Shown here one piece after another: positions 19,901 to 30,594 of a DNA stretch of 64,000 nucleotides. Source of the DNA: Ascidiella aspersa (lineage: Eukaryota); the NCBI GenBank assembly GCA_963924565.1, contig OZ004611.1, positions 29,574,001-29,638,000 on the forward strand. The letters run 5' to 3'. Below the pieces are notes generated by a model that had not been told where the DNA came from, did not search any database, and saw only the letters and a list, made by a program, of their open reading frames with translations. The translations under genes were made by a program, and so were the position numbers. Each line of letters opens with the position of its first letter. The stretch's first letter is position 1.

Positions 19901-22108
19901 GGATGGCCAAAGCTGAAAGTGTCGATGCCGGTGCGATGGCAGCTTTCATATCAGGGGGCAACGTCAGTGGTAACGGGTGCGGAGCGGGCGGAAGTCTGGA
20001 ACGAGACTTGTTTACGTTTGTACGCAAGGCCTCGGAAAGGATCGATGTTCAATTCGTCGCGGGCGCTGACGGGCAGTTTTCTGTGACGTCTGGTGACAAG
20101 ACGTTATCCCCCAGCAACCGGGCAGTATTTACCAGGACCCTCCACGCCTTACAATCAAAGCGTTGGAGGGAAGTGTGGGCCAGTCATCCAGACCAAGGTA
20201 AGACCGTAGGGGCCCACACCCAATACGGTTATTCGAACCACTGGTTGAAGAACCCCGGGGCTCTGACTATTCCAGAGCGCATTTTCGCGATGAAAGCACG
20301 CCTCAACCTCCTTCCTGTCAAGAAGGTTCGGGAACGATTTCACGGGGGACAGTCAGACGTTAGGTGCTGCAGATGCGGCAGTTCGGCCGAGACACTTCCC
20401 CACGTACTCAACCACTGTGTTCCCGTCATGCCCCAAATCCTATCTCGGCACGACGCCATACAGGGGGAAGTGTTGCGCCACGTACCTTCAGGGACCTTCA
20501 CCAAGGTTTCTTGTGACCGAGTTTGCCGGGAGCACGCCGATGCCACGGGTGAGAACCTCCGGCCAGACTTGATTGTCGAGAGCGCCGACAGGTTCTTAGT
20601 CGTGGACTTTGCGTGCCCTTTCGAAAACGGCCAAGTTGCCCTTACCGCTGCTGCGGCCCGTAAGCACCAAAAGTACAGGGAGTTGTGTGGAAACTTGGCC
20701 CGTGTTTCCAAGAAGCGAGTCCTTTTCCACACCTTCATCATCGGCTCCCTGGGCAGCTATGCTCAAGGCAACAATTCCACCCTCAGCGCCTTGGGCATCA
20801 CGGGCCGTCGTATGACGGAGGTAGCCAGAGCATGCTCAGCTCTGGCTATCAAGGGTAGCCACCACGTGTGGCAATCTTGGTGCAGGGGGATTGTTACCAA
20901 ACCTTAAACCATCCTTTGCAAGCGCAGACTGGCACCACACAAACACAAACCGGACGATCACGGCGGCGGGGCATCAACTTAACCGCAAATAAACCAGCTC
21001 ACCAGTACGTTCATCAATCAGCCAACAACCCAGCCCACTCACCACCCCATCACCTCGGAAAACTTCAGCCCTTTGACCCCAGCTCTATCCACGCCCCGCC
21101 GCCAACCCCTCCTCGCACTCCAATGTTAAAGCTGGCCTCCTCCAATCAAAACCCACTCCTGATAGTTTCGCCGAGGTGCTCCCAACTCTTCAACCGCGCG
21201 GCAGCCGGGGACCAACTCTCCAAACACTTTAACGTTCCAACGTTCGTCTATCGTCCCCGGCCAACACCTTCAACAGTTCCGCCCGCCACACCAGTCGAAT
21301 CATCGTCAACGGCAAAAGGGCGGATGCCGCGCGGTCAACACCTCACCTCTTCACACCAATGGGGCCGGCTAGGAAGCCTGCCCCCGAACTGTCTGGCACC
21401 AACACTGGAGCACCTCGGCCCCCCAACCAACACGGAGGCCAGCAGGCCGGCGCACGTCGCCGACCCACTAATTCGCACCATCCCCACCCGGTTTGCACAA
21501 CACTTAGCTTTTAAATCTTTTTTTTTGTCTTAGGTAGCTCGTTTTTAACCGCTTTACCGCCCCAAAATTGCACTTACTAGCAATTAAAGCACTTACCGCA
21601 CTTAAACCTCTTTCAAGTTTTAAATGCACCCCCCCTTTTTTTATATATATGCAAAGTTCCGAACTATTTTTTATATTTACATTGTTTTTAAATATTTTTA
21701 TACCCACACCCCGTGTACTTTTTTCGCCACCCTCACCCCTTTCCACTCACTAGGCACACTTCCAAAATATGTATCTAAATTACACAATACCATACCCGAG
21801 CCCAGTCTGCGCCAGTCCCTCTGTTCCTCCTGCGACGTCTCCTGCAAGCCCTACCATCGGCGGGCCCCACAATTCACTTAGCTTATAACTTAACTAATCT
21901 GGCCCTAACTTTTTTAAATTTACCTTTTTTTCCACAGTAATCATCAAATCTTAACCAAACCAAACCCACAAATTCTATCACCCATCGCCGTTACGGCGGT
22001 GGAGGCCGAGCGTGCAACGCACAATACTTATTGCCGGCGAAGCCTGTTTATATTGTCGTTTTCGTGTTTTATCGCCGTCAACACAATAAACCGGTGTACA
22101 GTCAAAAG
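13991..22108 (+). mobile_element. Full-length Utopia-like retrotransposon in U2 (copy 3)
   Basis: Near-identical to 4728-12820 with the same 5' and 3' junctions. Confidence 0.93.
16192..20907 (+). CDS. Retrotransposon ZnF-RT-RLE protein (1571 aa), intact
   Basis: Same motifs as 6929-11644; only a few amino-acid differences (e.g. F/V, V/I, R/K, D/E). Confidence 0.95.
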   Translation: MNVQPPRRRLRPAVRSRADQGTASSKPTKDAPSQEEAPPLSVTFRGPGDSVFRCGVSGCSMVSAALQSVKRHLASVHGLAVGVLDAACGKCSASFRSRGSLINVRDHYRACGAVAPAAAPRTPRAVCCPVCDSRWPSLVAAKSHHYQKHPGGPSRNNNSFVVAPGLLSPRRSIKQRPFTLNVRYVDAATTYKCPVPACPKGNDGYARVRTLKTHLSTCHKINNVLLRVVCGKCECVVADKAMSLLPASSHFKSCSGSGKPPSIPVPILPPSPANHSVGEDSDSSTVGKVPSLIFYQSKASINTTPPSDSEFLYGHVSPPSGSSHCSSVTLISPIATVAPVLSYADAVRTPSPKLSQIDLVTPPNLPTVGIQNSFSAECVDPYQPSEVSSVINATSPSGPPSFTLLRSWLNTPCTGSTRRVPVEIPQISPSRLARLAVTIRDHYRSRVNVATGVSPDPKPPKASVFLSGETPGREVVKVKEGPPVQGGWTDRPTQQLLVSNLLSAGELDQATSPPEVVEPCVAEATVAGAGEVSAAGNCPSPEPVPGAPERPAVKTRCEWEALLPSSPPVSDQVPVPVVGDVSHRSPVASSENASSSLPVRCNVNDPPLTDPSNDDLRARLAHVIDAHSSPDSFGELEHALEEWTKLAGSVDITRKQRKPRYNRGAQHRATTNRERGHPNKTTIPIKGAAAKGQCLRSAFWRDQRATVRRITDGLKGEVKCGIAPRVIEEKFRADLKAPGAYEHLEPVPSWMRATTGGGDASSGASGGVDSAPISPREVEMVLQSVNTASAAGSDGLSYGFWKALDPKGIVLAELFERCRIARRIPAQWRKSKVTLICKDPGGDLDDVSNWRPISICRNLYKLYAAVLARRLQRWALDGGVISPEQKGFMPVEGTFEHVFVLDSAWVDARQAKKDIFVAWLDVKNAFGSIRHDCIRSIMDELQVPDYLIECVADIYVGNTCVVRTAGGVTNEIPVGRGVRQGCPLSGLVFNLVAEVLVRGVKARAGCGYRFDCAPNVFSQVLAYADDGCLISSSRSQMCEQLKVCEEFAGWAGIRFNPKKCRIMNQVLVGSRRQRDPQPFSLSGEEVKVIGLGEFYRYLGVRQGYLPDTRSNTTLELSAERIKRLFESPLTPHQKLLALKRFELPRLSFILRLRHFPVKELRKVDSTVRRCVRISLRLPTRTCVAFYHTSADSGGLGIPSIAAEGDILAVTQAFKMLTAPDWRVRAVAVGRLESLSKRMAKAESVDAGAMAAFISGGNVSGNGCGAGGSLERDLFTFVRKASERIDVQFVAGADGQFSVTSGDKTLSPSNRAVFTRTLHALQSKRWREVWASHPDQGKTVGAHTQYGYSNHWLKNPGALTIPERIFAMKARLNLLPVKKVRERFHGGQSDVRCCRCGSSAETLPHVLNHCVPVMPQILSRHDAIQGEVLRHVPSGTFTKVSCDRVCREHADATGENLRPDLIVESADRFLVVDFACPFENGQVALTAAAARKHQKYRELCGNLARVSKKRVLFHTFIIGSLGSYAQGNNSTLSALGITGRRMTEVARACSALAIKGSHHVWQSWCRGIVTKP

Positions 22109-22258
22109 TCTGTTCTTCTCAGTTTAATACCTGGGACGCAAGCGATTCGCTTGCTCTTTGTATTAACCTGATTTTTGGACAGGGAGCACGGTGCCGAAGC
22201 TTGCTTCGCCCTGCTCACGGGTTGTCCTGGTATTGCAGTACCTCCAGGCACGGCCCAC
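22109..22258 (+). pseudogene. U2: 3' part of interrupted U2 gene
   Basis: Starts TCTGTTCTT. Confidence 0.93.
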
Positions 22259-22497
22259 ATTCCCACACTGTGGGAATTCCTCTTCATCCAATTGAAAATT
22301 TGCTTCTTGTTTTGAAAAAAAGAAGCAAAACATAAATCGATTTTTCGAGCGAAAATTGAAAAGAAAAATGGTGACCGATCGGCCAAAAATGACAAATTTT
22401 GTTCCTAAAAGTTGATGCGGGGGGCTTATGGGGTAGCTATCCACAAAGAGTACGGGCGAGTAGTCGAGTAGGGCCTCGGGAAAAATCGTCACAACTC

Positions 22498-22525
22498 ATA
22501 CTTACCTGACGGGGGTCTTTAACCG
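22498..22525 (+). pseudogene. U1: 5' 28 nt of a U1 gene broken by a Tx1/L1-like element; end of the snRNA array
   Basis: ATACTTACCTGACGGGGGTCTTTAACCG then unrelated sequence; upstream spacer intact; 3' part of U1 not found in window. Confidence 0.9.
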
Positions 22526-23047
22526 CGTCACTCCAGGTGGTATATTGAGCCCGCTGCTCAACAGGTGCGAAATTAGTGCGTTACTCAGCTTATATCTTTT
22601 TTGAGTCTATCTCAGCCTTACAGTTTTGTTTAGTTTTGTCTAGTTTTGTTGTCTGGTCAGGCAAGCCTAGAATCTTTTTTCTTTTCTTAAAACAGCAACT
22701 AACCCTGGGCTGTTTTCCTTTGCGCCTTTATTAATTTTGTTTTTTTGGGGACAGTATCTAGCCCTTGGCTGCCACCTAGTGTTTTTTCTGCTCTTTTACT
22801 GGTGGCCGTATCTAACCCTGGGCGGCCACCACTTGCTCTTTTAAAAGACAGCATGTAACCCTACGCTGTCTACCTTAAAGCAATTATAACACGTTTTCTG
22901 TGACGTAACTAATTGCCAATCAAGCAATCAGCGCTTTTCGCTGATTGATTGATTATTTAATTGCCACTTTACCTTAATTTATTGTATTTTAACGTCTATT
23001 TGACGTTAAAATCACTACTACACCAACAAACCACAAATAATAAAAAT

Positions 23048-24261
23048 ATGTCGAGTGACGCCAAATCCCTCAACATTAAAATCGTCTGTGACGAAGCACA
23101 TGACATACAAGACTTTTTGCACCTCTTTGAGGAAGACGGTGCATTTGCCGAATACACAAACAATATTATTGGAGGACGAACTTTAAACCGAACAACAAAA
23201 TTATATATTATTACCTTTAAACCGGAATCGCTAGAAGAACAATACAATCATATGGCACTCCACAACTTAACAAAAGATGGCTTTCACACCACAACAAAAA
23301 CTGGCAAAAAATTTCTAATCACTTCTCGCATCCCTCCGAGACGAACAAAGAAAGTGACTTTATACCCTGCACCCTTTCACCTTGTTGAAAGCGACCTCAA
23401 AGAAATAGTAGAATACTTGGGATGGGGGACACTCGAAAACTGCTAATTTTGTTGCCATAAAAACCTCCCCTCTTTTCGGAACGGTTTTGTTAATCTGTAT
23501 ATCTCAGATATGATTCTCGAAAACATCGAACAGGAGATAGTTTTTGACCAATACACTATCCAGGTTCTTCGTCCCGGAGAGCCTATGGGCCCATATTGTG
23601 AAAAATGCCACACTCGGGGTCACTTGACCAGCGCATGCCCTGTTGCCGAAAAGCACAGATGCAGGCATTGTCAATCGACCGAGCATAAATCAAAACGATG
23701 TCCAAAACTTTACCATCATCGTCCCAACAATATGACCAAAATTACCCCCCTTTAAACAACGACAAACCATCGCAAGAAATCTCACAACAACAACAGCAAC
23801 AAGGTAACATAAACTCGCTCCTTGAGGTGATCGAGCACTTTGAAACCTCCGGTTCCCCAGTAGACCCCCCACCGCCACCCGATGCACAGAAAACCTCATC
23901 AACAACATCTCAACAAGACTCACCTAACATCCTAGATTTGCCAGTTCCCCTAATATTCTCCCCTGCGAGAGACAATTTACCATCATCGACAAGTGCCATT
24001 TCGGAACAACATTTTAATTTACTTGAAGAATTTGAAAATCATCCAGCAATAACTTTACATACCGGTACACCAAAGCGCCCACGAGCTGAGTCGCTCAGCC
24101 CAAACCGCCCTGCTAAATCCTCGTCACTCGATAGAGAGGGACGAAGTTCTAAGAGCTACGACCCCTCCACCCGATTCCAGCCTAATTCAGCGTAAAGAGA
24201 CTCCTGGGACGAGGCGAAGGCCCCTTTCCAAACTTAAAGGAAAATCTAAAAAAACCTAAAT
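23048..24261 (+). pseudogene. Tx1-like ORF1 (gag-like, two zinc knuckles) with a stop and frameshifts
   Basis: CEKCHTRGHLTSAC and CRHCQSTEHKSKRC; in-frame TAA at 23444; Ser/Pro-rich tail; end approximate. Confidence 0.8.
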
Positions 24262-24310
24262 AATCCAATCCTCTTTTCTTTTTTGTATTTGTTCTTCTCT
24301 CTGATCCGAT

Positions 24311-24929
24311 ATGATTTTTTCTCTACATAGTTTAAACATTAATGGGATAAAAAATAAATTTTTAAATCTAGAAAACTTTATTTCGAAAACAAAACCACAT
24401 ATATTAGCAGTACAAGAAACTCATAATATAAATAATCAAAAATTACACACGTTACAAACCAATATAAATTACAAATCCTACCAAACCGCCCCTGATAATA
24501 CATATACTAGTGGCACATACGAACGTTCAGGAATAATATTACTATATAAATCGGACTTGGAAAATGATTGGAACATTACACATCACATAATAACAATTAA
24601 ACGTATACAAGCCATTATCCTGACAAACAAAAACGATACGAATAATATAATATAATAATTAATATATATTTAACATCGGGCAATACATACTAGAACACAA
24701 CAAATCCCACTGCATATCAACCTAAACTAAAACACGAACATATTGATGCTTACAGATATTTTGAGCCTACGAAAAAAATTTTCACATATATTAGACGTAA
24801 TGCCGCTTCCAGGATTGATCGCATATATATTTCGAACACTTTAAAACCCAAATTAATATAAAATACAGTCACATCCCTATCACATTTTCAGACCATCAAC
24901 AATCCCCCTTTATAAACCTTAATTTAGAC
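24311..24929 (+). pseudogene. ORF2 N-terminal AP-endonuclease domain (disrupted)
   Basis: SLNINGIK, ILAVQETH, SRIDRIYIS (~24810), SDH (~24890). Confidence 0.88.
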
Positions 24930-27900
24930 CAGTGGTCTTCAACCTTTTTTACAAAATCGCCCCTTTGTTGAAAGTGCTGGTCCAAATCGCCCCCTCAAAC
25001 GAGGCCTCGAAATTAACGGCGGGCGTGGGCCGAAGGGTTTAGAAACGGCCACCGAAAGTAAGCTCTGCTCGGCCGCAGGTAACTTGAGAAGGATACAAGT
25101 AGCTTTGTATGCGTATTGCGAAAGCAAAACTCGTTTTGTTCTTATTACCATCGGAGATTCGGCTCGTTAACTCGTTGCGATACCTTTATAACTTTGGCAA
25201 CGTGCCATACTCGCTCCGATTAAAACCCACGTGCGTTTGCAAAACGTTTTTCACCTGGAATTAACGCGAAGCGCTGAAGCAGAAAACTTACGTCAATCAT
25301 AGACGTTTTTGTTGCTGGCCGCCGGAATCGCTTGCCGTTCGGCCATACTGGTTGCCGGGTGGAAAAGTTAAGTTCGAGGACTGCGAAACGATTGCCGTTG
25401 TACAAAAGTTCATGTCGCTAAAAATTTACATACAAAACTTCAAATATCCCAACAATATAAATAAGCAAAAGCAAGCACATTTTATTGAAATAAAACAGCT
25501 CGTGGAAGCTAATTAATGCGACCCTTGCGCCTGGTGCTTATTTGCAAGACTAGTAATAGCTGGGTGCAAGCCAGTCAGCTTAAGTCGAATTGCATTTCCT
25601 CCAGTCTTGTTGATGTCAAGTTGGTTTCGGTATTTATTTCTCATGTGCAATACTTCACTAAAACCTTGTTCAACAATGTATGTCGAAGGAAAAGCCAATA
25701 AATACAACTACTTCACTTTTGCCCATAGTTCCGGAAATCGATCATCGCACTTGATCCAGAAATCTACCCATCCATGTGCGAAAAAAATTGCTCGAGCTTT
25801 TTCGTCACTTTGCAAGTCGATAAGTAGTTCCTCCTGCATGGCAGAATCACATTCGTTAACTGAGATGTTTGCAGTAAATGGTTCTACCATCCATGGAAAA
25901 ACTTCAAGATCGAGCGTACATGTCTTTTTGAACAGCTTTCAGGTGTTCAATGTAAATGAGCAAATGATTGTCTGTGACATCAACCAATACTTTTGACAGT
26001 CGAGGAAAGTGATGGAATTATCTTCTGTTCAGGGTTTGTTGGTAAAGCTCCAGCTTGTTCATTAGGCCACGTATTATTGTTTTGCATTGAACCAACGTCG
26101 CATTTCTACCTTGGAGTTTGTTGATTGCGCTGTTAATTTTCTCAAAAAAATCTGCTAAACAACTGACATCTTGGTGGCAGGTAATTACATCTTTAGCAAG
26201 ATCAGATTCTTCACCAAGAAACTCCACTACACTTTTGTAAAGTTCACAGTACCTTGAAAGAGATTCGCCTTTCGACAACCAACGAACTTCCGTATGAAGC
26301 AGAAGACGCTCGAATTCTTCATCGTTCTCTTTGCACAGCTGTCGAAACATTCGGTTATTTTTGGCATTAGCCTTTATTTTGTTAATTGCGTTAACAGCAA
26401 CACCCAAAGATTCTTGCAGACGCGGACTAAGGCGTTTGGCAACCAAATGCTGACGGTGATCACACAATGCACAGTAAACAAATGGGGAAGTTTTTGCCGA
26501 AGTAAAGATGAAAACCCCCGATACCTGCCTACCATCGCTGGGGCACCATCAGTAGCGCATGCTACTATATTTGTAAGAGGGATAGATTTGTCTTGCAAGT
26601 AAGCTAACAAAGTTTGAAATATTGTTTGGCCTTTAGTGTATGTTTCCAAACACTTGCAAAATAAAAGCTCCTCCGTAATTTTGCCTTCAAATATATAACG
26701 GACATAAGCCATTAGTAATGCATTATTGTCTGATGTTGTGGTTTCATCCAGTTGTTAGCTGAAAGAAGCTTTTTTGTAGCACTTCACAAAGTTGTTCTTC
26801 ACTGTTTGCACCCATTTCATCAATTCTTCGCTTTACGGTAGTATCACTCAGTGGAACTGCTTGGAGTACAGGTGCAGGATCTTTCTCCATCACAGTTGAA
26901 ATAATTTCTTTAACAGCAGGTGCTACCAAACTTTCTCCAACAGTAAAGGGCAAGCCTTTTTTCGCAATTAATATAGAAATCTTGTAAGAAGCTATCAGTC
27001 CTTTGACGTTTTGGTCACCTTTTTTAGCAAAAATATTGCATATGCTACTTTGAGCATGACTCTCTTTTAAAGCTTGAAAAAACCCCGTTGGCTTGTTTGC
27101 TTTGTCAGGATGAATCCTGTTTAAGTGGTCCTTCAACCTTGACGGCTTCATAGCCTCATTACTGAGAGTTTTCTTACACAAAAGACACATGGGAAGTTGC
27201 ATATTCGATGGAAATGGTACAAAACCAAAGTTGATGTACCCCACAAGATAAGAACGGCACTTAATTTTTGCTTTTTTAGAATTAGAAGCCATAACCTTCC
27301 GCAATAAAATTACTATTTAAAATAAACCAGAAAACAAAAAAGTAACAATTTAAGAAATCGCTGTTACTTTCTTGTACTGCTATTATATATAATAAGCCTT
27401 CCGCTAACGCTATAAGCAGCAAACTTGACATCTTCTCTGCACAAATCAGTTAGTTTTTTGAAGTGCAGTACCCTGCGACAAATAAACGTCCGACTTGCAA
27501 GCTACCGATTGTCGAACGAAATTACCACGTGCTTGATCAGAGCACACTCAAAATCGCGCAGGCACACACGCATTTGCATTGCAACAATGTTTGACCACGG
27601 TTTGACCTTTTTTTTACTCGTGCACAAGTCGAACAAACCAAAAAGTAGTTTAAGGATCCAGAACGATTATAGCGTTCGTTATGCGCCCCGGTTTATGCGC
27701 AGAACGCTATATGAAGGCTAAATGTTTGTAGAGAAACGCGTCTCCTATTTCGGCGTCTTAAACAACACACACAGTTTGTATTTGAAACTTGTTGATGAAA
27801 TGAACGAAGAATCAAAGCTGGCTCAATTCAAGGAGACGGTTTCTACACAAAGGCAACGTGTCAAAACGTTTCACATGTGGTCCGAATTCAAATATTATGC

Positions 27901-28517
27901 TCACCAACTATTTGGGGGAACCGGGAGAAGTAATTAGCGTCACTAACTTATCAAACGCCTAAATAAAAACAAGCAATTTAGCAAACAAGGCCTCATTATG
28001 ACGTCACACATATAAACATAAACTTACCAAGACTTAAAGTTAAACAAATGAAGACAAGAAAGAGTGAGATGTCACTCTGACAAAGCTCACAAGAAAAGGC
28101 TGCAAAACAAGAGCAGTGTAAATACTCATAAAAGACGTTATCTTATACACGAAGCCATATTTCTAGGCGAACTGACTATTTGCGGTAGTAAATTTAGCAA
28201 AGGTTACTTTACATGTTGACATATTATTACCAAGGTTGCAAAACCACATTATACACAACGCAACTCACCAAAATCTTTCGTGTAACAAATACTTCAGTTT
28301 AAACAAAACGGCAGCAATACAACTTCCACCACGACAGTCAGGCGAAAAGGAAAACCACATGTATCAGAAAGTAAGCTCACAACGGTACAGCACCAATGTC
28401 TCATAGAAATCAGTAATTACTGGCAAATACGACGTAACAACGATCTTGACCGATAATTGCGCTCGGCCTTACCAATCGCCCCCTAAACAGTAAAATCGCC
28501 CCCGTTGAAGAACACTG
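24930..28517 (-). mobile_element. hAT DNA transposon (Buster/Charlie type)
   Basis: TIRs CAGTGGTCTTCAAC / GTTGAAGAACACTG; 8-bp TSD ATTTAGAC / ATTTAAAC; Tx1 ORF2 resumes after it. Confidence 0.92.
25513..27304 (-). pseudogene. Frameshifted Buster-type hAT transposase
   Basis: BED-like CLLC..LSNEAMKPSRLKDHL..H, ATDGAPAM, HC, LLLHTEVRWLSKG, FPSTYIVEQGFS across several ORFs. Confidence 0.9.
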
Positions 28518-28846
28518 ATTTAAACAAACAATCCCGCAGGGACGCGGAAAATGGAAACTTAATGTAACTTTATTAAAACATCCAATTTATATACAAAGAA
28601 TCAAAAATACAATAGCACAGTGGCAAGCTAACTTGAAATCACATGACGACTTGTGTCAACAATGGGAAAAATAAAAAATAAAATGGGAATCAATTCTTTT
28701 CGCCCAAAAAAAACAACACCAAAAATCGTTTTCTACAAACCAAGCTTGAAAATAAACTTAAATCAATAATGGAAAATATCGATTACGACAACTTAGAGTA
28801 CAACATTGATTACTTAGACACTATTGAAAAACTTAAAACTATTGAC

Positions 28847-30591
28847 TTTCGAGAGACGGCAAAATACGTTTTCGCTTGCCAAATCTTTCCACGGCCAACC
28901 AGCAAGTCTTGGGTAAGTCTGAGAGTTGTACCTCTTCCTGACTGACCCCAAACTTTATCGCTTCTCTGCTCTTCAGAGACCTAATATTGGTGGCATATGA
29001 GCCTCATCCACGAGTTTACTTTGCAACTTCGATCGGGAAGGCAAAGAGTTGAGCCCTTCAGCTGGCCAAGTTCCTCGTAAACAGACTATACTTGTTAGGC
29101 GAATTCCCCCGGTTGTCGTGTGGTATCGTAGTCACGTTCCTCGACTTGGAGCCCGACGATTCTCTTTTGAGAGCGTGAGGCGCAGATACTGGTTGGAAGC
29201 CCGACGACTCTCTGTTGAGAGCGTTAGGCCTAGTTTTTACTGGTTGGGAGCTCGACGACTATCTGTTGATAGCGTGAGGCGCAGTTTTCGTCCCCCGGTT
29301 TTCAGCGGCTCCTACGCGGCCATCCGCGCTCCGCCCCGGGCCTCTTCAGCAGCGGAGCTCCCGGCATTTTTTTGCCGCAGCCCTCACCCGCACTCCACCG
29401 GAGGTCCCTGCAACGTTGCCCAGCTCTTCGGTCCTCTACCTCCAGTGGTCGCCGACCCCCACCAGAGGTCCCTGCAGTTGCCGGTCTGCCCTCTAATGTC
29501 CACTGGTCGGCCCTCCACTGTACCCCACCGGAGGTCCCTACAACTTCGGCAACTTTGTGGTGCTCTACCTACCACACGACCCTATCGCCGCCGCTCTTAC
29601 TGTACTTTTTTTTACTCGCGGCGAAGGTCCACGCCGCTACATTGAACCGTTCGTTGTATTTTATAAGTTAAGCACTACGTCTCGTTCTTTTACAACTTAG
29701 GGCCCCTATAATATTTGTTCCTGCCTCGTGGCTGCCTTCTCTGTTGTTAGGGTAATTCCTGTACTTATATCTCGTTAACGTCCGAATTAAACAGTTCCTC
29801 TGCCATTTTCCATCGGCGGTGTTAAACCCTTTACTCAACTAATTCTACCATACGTCTGCTACTTTAAACCCTAACCAAATCGCCGCCGCTCTTGCTGTTC
29901 TTTTTTTTTACTTGCGGCGAAGGTTCCACGCCGCTACATTGAACCGTTCGTTGTATTTTATCCCTATTTCTTCTTAACTTAAGCACTACGTCTTCTCGTT
30001 CATTTACAACTTAGGGCCCCTATAATCTTTGTTCCTGCCTCGTGGCTGCCTTCTGTTGTTAGGTTCCTGTACTTATATCTCGTTAACGTCCGAATTTAAC
30101 AGTTCCCCTTCAATTTTCTCCATCGCCGGTGTTAAAACCTTTACTCAACTAATTCTACCATATACGTCTGCTACTTTAAACCCTAACCAAATCGCCACCG
30201 CTCTTGCTGTTCTTTTTTTTTACTTGCGGCGAAGGTTCCACGCCGCTACATTGAACCGTTCGTTGTATTTTATCCCTATTTCTTTTTAACTTAAGCATTA
30301 CGTCTCGTTCTTTTACAATTTACTGTGCCACGACTATTCGCAGACTGTACACCGGTCCCAACATCATGAACGTTCAACCACCGCGTCGCAGGCTTCGCCC
30401 AGCAGTTCGTTCACGCGCGGATCAGCAGGGGACGGCATCCTCCTCTAAACCAACCAAAGATGCCTGCCTCATCGCAGGAGGAATCCCCACCCTTGTCGGT
30501 ACGTTTAGGGGGCCCGGGGATTCTTCCGTGTTTCGGTGCGGGGTTAGTGGCTGTTCTATGGTCTCGGCAGCGTTCCAATCAGTCAAGCGCC
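28847..30591 (+). mobile_element. Displaced fragment: ~110 bp U2 upstream spacer + U2 nt 1-17 (28957-28973) + 5' UTR and first ~75 codons of a diverged Utopia-like copy
   Basis: Matches 4601-5570 and 6860-7142 with substitutions and indels; breaks off into Tx1 RT sequence. Confidence 0.88.
29585..30310 (+). repeat. ~300-bp tandem repeat (about 2.4 units) in the variant Utopia 5' UTR
   Basis: CGCCGCCGCTCTT..GGCGAAGGT anchor at ~29586, 29881, 30193. Confidence 0.8.
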
Positions 30592-30594
30592 CAT

